Positions 5,969 to 14,124 of a stretch of DNA of 32,000 bases are shown one piece after another. Under the pieces are notes generated by a model that was not told where the DNA came from, made no database searches, and saw nothing but the letters and a program-made list of their open reading frames with translations. A program made the position numbers and the translations under genes. Positions within the stretch are counted from its first letter, which is position 1; each line of letters opens with the position of its first letter. Origin of the DNA: Promethearchaeota archaeon (GTDB lineage Archaea; Asgardarchaeota; Lokiarchaeia; Sigyniarchaeales; Promethearchaeaceae); NCBI GenBank assembly GCA_016933055.1, contig JAFGBS010000034.1, positions 30,001 through 62,000 of the forward strand. The letters run 5' to 3'.

Positions 5969-8347
5969 ATGCTTTACAACAATGACATCGATTTGGATGC
6001 TACAATCGACTATAGCACTGATGATTATCAGGAAGTTCTCTCCCGTATTGTGAGTTTGCTGCGTACTGGATTGAATAATTTGGGAGTTGGAATCAATCGT
6101 ATCAATTCGGAATTTAAAAAGGAAAACCGGCATTTTAAACGCGCCACCGAACTTCTTAACTATAAAGAATGGGTATATCGTAAACTCAATAAAACGATTG
6201 ACTCTTTACTATACAGTGAATTGCTCACCTATTTTGTAGATGATGAGAATTCAATACTAAACCATTTTATTGAAATGGGGTTATTTGATGCAGATATACT
6301 TGAGCGGTTCGACGAAATAAAGAAACGATATCCCAATCTTGTTATATATCTTAACTGGGATCACCGACTGAAAGAAAAATTAAGCGAAAAACTATATACG
6401 GAACAAAACTTTGAGAAATTATTTAAATTCGAAGATACTGAGGCAGATCTCCAAAATTTATTTTCATTGTATAATATGGCACAAAACCTTGCTATGCCCA
6501 CAGTGAATATTTCAGATGCGATTGATTATTTAATGAAAAAAACTAATTCATGGAGCGCTATTAATGAGAACGTATCTATTCTACGCCCTCTTACTCTTTT
6601 CGCAGGTGTACAACTGGCCATTCAAAATGGTATCTCAATTGATACCTCCATCTGTTCTGATGAATTATTCACACTCATCCATGCAATTGTGAATGTACTA
6701 AAAGATCCTATCTTTTCAGACCCCTATAAAGTGTACTATATCGTTAACGCTGCCAAACTTTTGGGCATAGAATTCACGGAAAACATCATTAACGGATTAA
6801 TCTCCCTAGATTATAATAGTGTATCCAAAGAAAATTTAGAACTTCATACTACAGACCGATTAGCATTAATTTTATTAATCTTTAAAGAGCTAGGACGCGT
6901 GAATAAGTTACCAGAGACTGCACGATATGTCATTTTAGACATTATAAACGAACGAGCTCAAAACGAGTCTGCATTCTGGAAAATGGAATCGATTTGGGGT
7001 TTATTGAATATAATGATAGAGACCAAATCCATCGAAGTAGACACAATTGGAGATATCTTGGAATTTACAATATCCCGTATGCATGAATTAGCAGAAAATA
7101 TTTCACTTGATGATGTAAACGGTATCGCAAAAATTTTCCTTGGTACAAGGATAATGAAAACCATTAGTTATCATTTCAATACTGATATGGTTAAGGGACT
7201 AGAACAGTATCTATTCAATGAATTACGACTTCAACATAAGACAATTCCAAAAGATATGATCGAATCATTAATAAAAGATGTTGAAAAACCTAAAGGCCCC
7301 ACAATCAAAGTAAGGGATCTGGGTTTAGCTGATACGTTTACGTCTGAATTGGAAAAATTACAGCAAATTCAACAGAAAAAGCAGCAAATTAAAGGCTCAA
7401 ATGAATTAATTGAATCTTATGATTTACAAAAACAAAAAAACCAATTAGAAGAAAAAATATTAGATAATTCTCCTCAATTGATTATTTCCTATTTGGTTCA
7501 TCCCGTCGGGATATCAAAGAATTATCTTGATAAAATTAATTTTAATTATGAGGCAATCGTGAATCCTCCAAATCATATCTATGATTCCCTTCAGAAACTC
7601 CATGAATATGTGACAATAGAACATTTACTTAAACTAGGACATCATTTCACAAAAAAAGAGGTGTTAAATGTCACTAAACCCTTCTTAAAAGGCAGTGCTT
7701 TTGGGGAAAAGGATGCATCTACACCTGATGTTGTCAGCACGTACTATGGATTGTCAATTTACCGGGATTACAATATGTTGACATTGTTAGATTTGAATGG
7801 CATCCATTATTTTCTGATGAAGGAATTGAAAGATTTCAATCCATTGAACTTGTATCAGAATGAGAAGTTATTCCTTTCTCTAAAATTGTTGGAGCAAGAA
7901 AAAATCAAGATAAGCAAGTTCCCGGAGCTCATTAATAAAATTTTGAATACAGACTTCACTGACTACCAAGATTTTAATCCATTATTGGAAACATTTGGAC
8001 AAGTTCTTGCATTAGATATGATTGGAGAAGATATCAATCGATCTCAATTAGAATCGCAGTACATGGATTTGGTTATTTCAGAAATTGATGAAGAGGGATG
8101 TATTAAACAAACAATCACGGATACAGCCAAGGTGCTTATTACTATTGGATTATTTGGAGACTATGACCGTTATTATGAAATCTGTGAGCAAATGGTAAAT
8201 TTTATAGTTGAGAAGGGGGTGTATTTTGATCCCGATCAGGTCGAACGTACATCTTCATGGGCAAATGAGAACATTGAATACGAAATCGAACTGACGAAAA
8301 GTTATTGGGCTTTACTTGCTTTAATGGCATTTAAACCTGTAAATTGA
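5969..8347 (+). CDS. Large alpha-helical protein with prenyltransferase/squalene-oxidase-repeat-like (alpha/alpha toroid) C-terminal region
   Basis: GSAFGEKDASTPDVVSTYYGLSIY and similar helical units (QTITDTAKVLITIG, IELTKSYWALLALM) resemble toroid repeats. Q/K-rich coiled-coil linker near aa 460-495. Confidence 0.55.
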   Translation: MLYNNDIDLDATIDYSTDDYQEVLSRIVSLLRTGLNNLGVGINRINSEFKKENRHFKRATELLNYKEWVYRKLNKTIDSLLYSELLTYFVDDENSILNHFIEMGLFDADILERFDEIKKRYPNLVIYLNWDHRLKEKLSEKLYTEQNFEKLFKFEDTEADLQNLFSLYNMAQNLAMPTVNISDAIDYLMKKTNSWSAINENVSILRPLTLFAGVQLAIQNGISIDTSICSDELFTLIHAIVNVLKDPIFSDPYKVYYIVNAAKLLGIEFTENIINGLISLDYNSVSKENLELHTTDRLALILLIFKELGRVNKLPETARYVILDIINERAQNESAFWKMESIWGLLNIMIETKSIEVDTIGDILEFTISRMHELAENISLDDVNGIAKIFLGTRIMKTISYHFNTDMVKGLEQYLFNELRLQHKTIPKDMIESLIKDVEKPKGPTIKVRDLGLADTFTSELEKLQQIQQKKQQIKGSNELIESYDLQKQKNQLEEKILDNSPQLIISYLVHPVGISKNYLDKINFNYEAIVNPPNHIYDSLQKLHEYVTIEHLLKLGHHFTKKEVLNVTKPFLKGSAFGEKDASTPDVVSTYYGLSIYRDYNMLTLLDLNGIHYFLMKELKDFNPLNLYQNEKLFLSLKLLEQEKIKISKFPELINKILNTDFTDYQDFNPLLETFGQVLALDMIGEDINRSQLESQYMDLVISEIDEEGCIKQTITDTAKVLITIGLFGDYDRYYEICEQMVNFIVEKGVYFDPDQVERTSSWANENIEYEIELTKSYWALLALMAFKPVN

Positions 8348-8386
8348 CCATTTTTTCATTTTTTAAAGATTCTGAGATCATTTGGA

Positions 8387-9040
8387 ATGGAACAACGAAT
8401 AGAATTAGCAAATAATTTGAATGTATTAAGATTTACGTGTACAAAATGTGGTAAATGTTGTAAAGATCCGAATACTTTTATAAATGTCACCTATCATGAT
8501 ATATTGCGCTTGAGAAAGGGGCTTAAGCTTTCATTAGAGGAAATTTTGGAAGTTATTGGTTTTTACACCTTTAGCAAGGTAAATATCGAAAAATTCATGA
8601 GTCAAATGGTATATGCCCCCATTCAAACAGAACAAGGTCTTGCATTTATCGGATTGTTGAAAAAACAAGATTCTCGATGCACTTTTCTTGGTGAAGATGA
8701 CACTTGCACAATATATGAACATCGACCCGCCATATGTCGTACATTTCCATTCACTTTTCTTATGAGTGAAGATGGAAAGAAAATTACCAATAAAATTGGA
8801 TACACTAAAAAAGGTATAGATTACTGTCCCGGCATTAAAAAAACAGCCCCTATCGTAAAAAAAAAGAAAATAGGGATTAAATTAACCACCTCCTTAGCAG
8901 AGATTGCTTCAGATGCCAAGATGGTGGAAAGTTGGAACAAAATGGTCGAAAATAAGCAAATTCAACCGAAAGCAGCAAAATATATCGCATCTATTTTATT
9001 GATGGAAGACAAACTAAAGGAAGAAAAATCCCATAATTAA
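8387..9040 (+). CDS. YkgJ family cysteine-cluster protein (CxxCxxCC)
   Basis: FTCTKCGKCC, CTFL...CTIYEHRPAICRTFPF and CPG motifs. Confidence 0.9.
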   Translation: MEQRIELANNLNVLRFTCTKCGKCCKDPNTFINVTYHDILRLRKGLKLSLEEILEVIGFYTFSKVNIEKFMSQMVYAPIQTEQGLAFIGLLKKQDSRCTFLGEDDTCTIYEHRPAICRTFPFTFLMSEDGKKITNKIGYTKKGIDYCPGIKKTAPIVKKKKIGIKLTTSLAEIASDAKMVESWNKMVENKQIQPKAAKYIASILLMEDKLKEEKSHN

Positions 9041-9065
9041 GTATTTTTAGAATATTTTCCATTGA

Positions 9066-9791
9066 TCATGAATTCTCTTGGTGTAATAGCAAATTAAGTA
9101 TTTCTGATAAAGAAGCGATAATCGTACAATCACAAACTCTTCCTTTATTGGGATCCAAGAGAATTGGAGTTATACCGGAATTCTTAGCTCCGATAGCGTC
9201 AAATATGTATGAATCTCCTACATGAAACACGTTGTTTGGGGAATTAACATGCAATTCCTCCAGAGCTATTTTAAATATTGCCGGATTAGGTTTTGCTACT
9301 CCACGTTCACCTGATAATACTATGGAAGAGAAAAATTCGGTTAACTTGGAATGATTCAGCATCTTATATCGATCTTGCACATGCTTTTTGGGCAAATTCG
9401 ACACGAGTCCTAATTTTATCTCGTTTTTCCGGAGGACTTCAAGAGTGGATATTGCATCGGGGAATATTTTATAATGATGCATTTTACGGGCAAGAAATCG
9501 TTTAGCAAGGATTTCCTTCGCTTCAGTCGAGTGGATACCCACAGTTTCCAGGAGAATTTCATCCCCTCTTCTCCAATCTTGATCCGTCATCCAACCAGTA
9601 GAATACTCTTTTTTCTGTAATAAAAGCGTATGAATATATTCTTCTTGCTTCTGAAATGCGATAGATAAGATGGGATCCGTATCTTGAATGTTTTTGCCAA
9701 ACTGACGTGCTACACTTCCAAGAATGGAGTAATTAGAGGGATAATAATCAAACAACGTCCCCCCAAAATCAAACAATACAGCATCTACCAT
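9066..9791 (-). CDS. HAD-superfamily hydrolase, subfamily IA
   Basis: Motif I LFDFGGTL, motif II LVSN, motif III KPNPAIF, motif IV HVGDSYIFD. Confidence 0.9.
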   Translation of the reverse strand: MVDAVLFDFGGTLFDYYPSNYSILGSVARQFGKNIQDTDPILSIAFQKQEEYIHTLLLQKKEYSTGWMTDQDWRRGDEILLETVGIHSTEAKEILAKRFLARKMHHYKIFPDAISTLEVLRKNEIKLGLVSNLPKKHVQDRYKMLNHSKLTEFFSSIVLSGERGVAKPNPAIFKIALEELHVNSPNNVFHVGDSYIFDAIGAKNSGITPILLDPNKGRVCDCTIIASLSEILNLLLHQENS

Positions 9792-9890
9792 AACAATTAA
9801 AAAACCCTATCTTATTTCAAAATTGAGGTAGGATTATTTTTTTAAACAGAGAGTATTTACCTAAGCATATTCAGTATATAGGTTTTCAGC

Positions 9891-11006
9891 GTGTCAAATT
9901 ATTATCTCATTACCTTTGCGGATTTTTCTGAAATTCTTAAAACTCTGATTCGGGAAAAAATCGTCGATAAAGTCATTTCTGGAGAGGGTAAACGGAATAG
10001 ATTTCAGATTTCCCCTTTACTAGAATCTGATCCGAAGAAATTGGAAGAATTTCCATTGTCATCTTTATTCATTTATAATTTCGACCGTATAAACAGTGCA
10101 TCGAAGTTTCTCCATAAAAAGGCAGGAGGAGCTCTTACGGAAAAGATTGCTATGATCGGGCATCCTGCCGATGCTAGAGCCCTTATTGAATTAGGTAAAC
10201 GGCTACAGGTTGAGCTAAATAATGTTTTTGTGATCGTTCTGGAAAATATCGGAACAATTCAAGCCAATGATGTCATAAATTTACTTAAAGAAGAAGGAAT
10301 TGATCCGGAATCAGTAGAAGATGATTTCCTGACGGATGAAGAATATCAGATCAAACTGAAGGATGGAACGATTAAAAAATATCCTCTTGGAAAAAAGATC
10401 GATATCACCGATAATGATAAACGGGCGGACATTAAAAAATTAGACCAGAATTTTGATTTAGGCATCACATGGATTACACTTGAACCATTTTCTCATGAAT
10501 TAATACTACGAATTGGTAGTGAGAAAGCTAAAGATCTATTTTCCAAGTTGACTATTAAAAAAGTTGAGGTAAACACAAAAAAACTCGATGTATTATTGAA
10601 AAAGCAATCCGAAATCATGGAAAAGGCACGGATCCAAAAAGAGAAGGATATTTCAGAATATCTTTCCCGACCAGATCGAATTAACGAACTCGCAAAATGC
10701 ACCATGTGTGGGGTGTGTATCAATGCATGTCCCGTTTGTTTCTGTACAGATTGTATCTTGCAAAAACAGCGGAAAGAAAAGAACATTGACAATTTGACTT
10801 ATCAGATGACTCGTGTAGCCCATATCGGGGATTCTTGCGTTAATTGCGGGAAATGTGACATAAATTGTCCCACCCATCTTCCATTATCCCTTTATTTTTA
10901 TTCTGTAACCACTAAAATAAAAAACGAATTCAAATACGAAACAGGAATGAAAAAGAAAGAACCTATTCCTCGTTCTTGGACTGCTTTGGAACGAGGAACC
11001 ACATGA
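9891..11006 (+). CDS. FdhB/FrhB-family (F420 hydrogenase/dehydrogenase beta subunit-like) protein with C-terminal 2x[4Fe-4S] domain
   Basis: PADARALIELGKRLQVELNNVFVI corresponds to the FdhB PCDAxAIxELAKxxQIxLDNVYMI segment. C-terminal CTMCGVCINACPVCFCTDC and HIGDSCVNCGKCDINCP. GTG start. Confidence 0.8.
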   Translation: MSNYYLITFADFSEILKTLIREKIVDKVISGEGKRNRFQISPLLESDPKKLEEFPLSSLFIYNFDRINSASKFLHKKAGGALTEKIAMIGHPADARALIELGKRLQVELNNVFVIVLENIGTIQANDVINLLKEEGIDPESVEDDFLTDEEYQIKLKDGTIKKYPLGKKIDITDNDKRADIKKLDQNFDLGITWITLEPFSHELILRIGSEKAKDLFSKLTIKKVEVNTKKLDVLLKKQSEIMEKARIQKEKDISEYLSRPDRINELAKCTMCGVCINACPVCFCTDCILQKQRKEKNIDNLTYQMTRVAHIGDSCVNCGKCDINCPTHLPLSLYFYSVTTKIKNEFKYETGMKKKEPIPRSWTALERGTT

Positions 11007-11012
11007 CTTTTA

Positions 11013-12233
11013 TTATTTACGTAATTTATTGACGGATTCTTCTAACGCAATTTTTATTCTTTTTATATGATCTGATGTCGTATATCTACCCGTGGATATA
11101 CGTAGAGTGCCTTGTTGATATTCAGAAGGCAATCGAAGAGCTTCAATGACATGACTAACCTCATCCGATTGTGCGATGCATGCAGAACCCGTACTAACAG
11201 CAATTTTGCGCTGATCCAATTCTGTCAGCAAGTCAAATCCGTTCACATTCTTAAAACTGAAGTTATTATGGCTTGCTAAACGGTTGTTCGGATGACCATT
11301 TAATCGTGAATCCGGAATAGTACTTAAAACAAAACCCGTTAATTCTTGTTGAAATTCTCGTAATCGATTCATTTCTTCGTTACGAACTTCCTCCATGATT
11401 TCATAAGCTTTCGCAAAACCGACAATACTTTGCACGTTTACGGTAGCGGGTCGTAATTTATTTTCTTGTCCACCTCCGAACATGATCGGTTCCAGAAAGA
11501 AATCTTCTTCATCAGGCTCTTGTTCATTCCAATCATCAATTGGGGTCCTTCGACCCGAATTTTTAATATAAAGCAATCCGATGCCCTTTGGGCCATATAA
11601 TTTATGAGCTGATGCAGATAGCATATCCAACTTCATTTCGTTTGGGTCAATGTAAATTTTACCAAAAGATTGAACGGTATCGGAATGAAATAGGATATTC
11701 TCATCTTTCGCCAATTTCCCGATTTCTTTGATCGGTTGAATTGTTCCTAATTCATTATTTACATGCATTATGGTTATGAGTATTGTGTTTTTTGTGATAG
11801 ATTCTTGAATTTTTTTTACTGCGACTATTCCATCTGACTCCACAGGAACATATGTAACATTTACCCCGAGTTTTTCTAAGTATTCACATGATTTCCAGAT
11901 TGCATGATGTTCGATAGCACTAGTTATAATGTGTGGCCGCACTCCCGGATTATCCCGCATGAATTTACGAGTAACTCCTAATGTAGCAATATTGTCCGAC
12001 TCGGTACCCCCACTCGTAAATATTATTTCCCTCGGATGCACATTCATAGATTCTGCAAACATTTTCCGAGACATTTGGAGTTGTTCATGGGATTTAAACC
12101 CAAAATCATGTACGGATTCTGAATTCCCATATTGTTGAAATGAATTATTCATAGCCTCCAATACGCGCGGATCTATAGGAGTAGTTGCAGCAAAATCCAG
12201 ATAGATACTTTCTTGAGAACTCAAGCTTATCAA
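11013..12233 (-). CDS. iscS: Cysteine desulfurase, IscS/NifS type (PLP, class V)
   Basis: YLDFAATTP, SGGTESDN, DTVQSFGK, SAHKLYGPKGIG (PLP Lys), GGGQE..LRPAT.N, STGSAC (catalytic Cys). Confidence 0.92.
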   Translation of the reverse strand: MISLSSQESIYLDFAATTPIDPRVLEAMNNSFQQYGNSESVHDFGFKSHEQLQMSRKMFAESMNVHPREIIFTSGGTESDNIATLGVTRKFMRDNPGVRPHIITSAIEHHAIWKSCEYLEKLGVNVTYVPVESDGIVAVKKIQESITKNTILITIMHVNNELGTIQPIKEIGKLAKDENILFHSDTVQSFGKIYIDPNEMKLDMLSASAHKLYGPKGIGLLYIKNSGRRTPIDDWNEQEPDEEDFFLEPIMFGGGQENKLRPATVNVQSIVGFAKAYEIMEEVRNEEMNRLREFQQELTGFVLSTIPDSRLNGHPNNRLASHNNFSFKNVNGFDLLTELDQRKIAVSTGSACIAQSDEVSHVIEALRLPSEYQQGTLRISTGRYTTSDHIKRIKIALEESVNKLRK

Positions 12234-12438
12234 TCAGACAAGCTATGTAGAAAAAATAAATTTTATGTTTTTTCTGAATTTTTTCCCTCTTAATCTTAAC
12301 ATTTAAAATCATAAAAAGAGCATGCATCCCACGTATTGGATTTATTAAAAAATAGGGGAAAGCTTTAGAAGACAAAAAGAAAATCAATAAAAATCTCAGT
12401 TAATAGATTTCTGTGTAGGTAGCTTTAATGCTTTACGG

Positions 12439-13365
12439 ATGATTAACATGACAGAAACCGTGTATGATGTAATAGTGATTGGGAGTGGACCAGCCGGTAT
12501 TACTGCGGCAATATATGCTCAAAGGTACGCATTAAAGACAGCTTTGATAGGGAATTCTTGGGGGGGTGCAATTTCTAAAACACATGTCATTGAAAACTAT
12601 CCTGGATTCAAAACTGCTAGTGGATTCGACTTTATGCAAAAATGGAGGGAAAATATAGAATATTTAGGAATTGAAGAAATCCCTGATAACGTTACCAAGA
12701 TTGAACATTTAGATGACGGACGATTCCGTGTGCTTATGGATTTTGGGACACCTCTAATTGCTTTAACAATTATTTATGCTTTAGGAATGGAGGAAAGGAA
12801 AATGGGAGTGCCTGGGGAGGAGGAGTTATTGGGACGAGGGGTCTCATATTGTGCAACTTGTGATGGTCCATTTTTTAAAGGAAAAAGAATCGGTGTTATA
12901 GGAGGGTCGGATACTGCAGCAAAAGAAGCACTATATTTATCACAATTAGCCGAAAAAGTCTATATGATTTACCGAAATCAAGAGATCAGACCCGAACCGA
13001 TTAATAAGAAGCGAGTAGAAGCGAATCCAAAAATAGAAATTATTCCCAACACCACAATAACCTCTATAAACGGAACACAAAAAGTAGAATCAGTTACTTT
13101 CCATACTGGAGAAAAATTTCCATTAGATGCAGTTTTTGTCGAAATTGGTGCCGATCCGCGCTCGAAAATGGCAAAGGAATTGGGGGTGCTTATAAATAGC
13201 AAAAACGAGGTCATCGTGGATGAACAAATGCATTCAAATATTCCCGGATTTTTTGCGGCGGGTGATGTAGTTAATCGAAGGGAAAAACAAGTGATAGTTG
13301 CTTCAGGACATGGAGCGATTGCAGCTTTTTCAGCGTATGATTATGTACAAGCCAAAAAACCATGA
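12439..13365 (+). CDS. trxB: Thioredoxin-disulfide reductase
   Basis: GSGPAG FAD motif, GVSYCATCDG redox CxxC, GGSDTA NADPH motif, FAAGDV. Confidence 0.93.
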   Translation: MINMTETVYDVIVIGSGPAGITAAIYAQRYALKTALIGNSWGGAISKTHVIENYPGFKTASGFDFMQKWRENIEYLGIEEIPDNVTKIEHLDDGRFRVLMDFGTPLIALTIIYALGMEERKMGVPGEEELLGRGVSYCATCDGPFFKGKRIGVIGGSDTAAKEALYLSQLAEKVYMIYRNQEIRPEPINKKRVEANPKIEIIPNTTITSINGTQKVESVTFHTGEKFPLDAVFVEIGADPRSKMAKELGVLINSKNEVIVDEQMHSNIPGFFAAGDVVNRREKQVIVASGHGAIAAFSAYDYVQAKKP

Positions 13366-13375
13366 ATAGATAGGT

Positions 13376-13936
13376 TTACTTCAATTCATACATATATAAT
13401 GTACAGTTTTTTACTCTTCTTAATGCATCAATAATCCGTTCTCCTGTAATATAGTATGCTAGTAAAGCCAGATTTTCCCGATGGGTAACCACTAATAATT
13501 TAGAATCTTTTGGATAGGTTTCTTTTATAAATGTAATAAAATCTTCACATCTTTTAGCTAGTTTTTCGGTGGATTCTCCTCCCGGAGGGCAAAAATCAGG
13601 ATCTCCTCGTATCCATTTCTCATAATCCTCAGGAAATTTCTCTTTAATTTCATCGAGTGTCATACCTGAAAAAATTCCCACATTCCGGGAATTTAACAGT
13701 TTATTATATAGTATTGTTTTATTCTGGTCTCCACAAATCAATTCTGCCGTCATTTTTGCACGCTTTCGATAGGAACTAAAAATAATATCGTAAGATTCGG
13801 ATGTGTTTTTTAATTGTTCACCCAATCGCTTAGCCTGTTCTATCCCTTCTTCGTTTAAAGGCGGATCGGCTTGGCCTTGTATTTTCTTTAAAGAATTCCA
13901 CGTAGTAGTCCCATGTCGAACGATCGAAATATACAT
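13376..13936 (-). CDS. Histidine phosphatase family protein (PGM/CobC-like)
   Basis: VRHGTTTWN, QGQADPPLNEEG, PPGGES and LVVTH motifs. Confidence 0.92.
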   Translation of the reverse strand: MYISIVRHGTTTWNSLKKIQGQADPPLNEEGIEQAKRLGEQLKNTSESYDIIFSSYRKRAKMTAELICGDQNKTILYNKLLNSRNVGIFSGMTLDEIKEKFPEDYEKWIRGDPDFCPPGGESTEKLAKRCEDFITFIKETYPKDSKLLVVTHRENLALLAYYITGERIIDALRRVKNCTLYMYELK

Positions 13937-14124
13937 ATTAGTACCTAATCCGAAGAAATTATGAAGTTATTCAAAATCAATTGTAACAGAGTGACAAACA
14001 TTTCTTGATTCTAATAACCAAAAAAATCGCTATTCTTTCCTTTTATTTCACAAAATCTCCATTAGTTTATAATTTACATCAAGAACTCTTAATTAAAAGT
14101 TTTCAAAAGTATACTTGGTTAGGT

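Noticed and set aside
9800-9845. Imperfect hairpin in the HAD/FdhB-like intergenic region
   Set aside because: Needs wobbles and a bulge; expected by chance in AT-rich DNA.
8387-13365. YkgJ, FdhB-like, IscS and TrxB as a dedicated Fe-S assembly operon
   Set aside because: The genes alternate strands, and no scaffold or carrier (IscU, SufB/C, Mrp) is present.
14005-14124. 40-aa N-terminal extension of CopA from TTG 14005
   Set aside because: It overlaps the likely promoter region; ATG 14125 sits just before the HMA domain.
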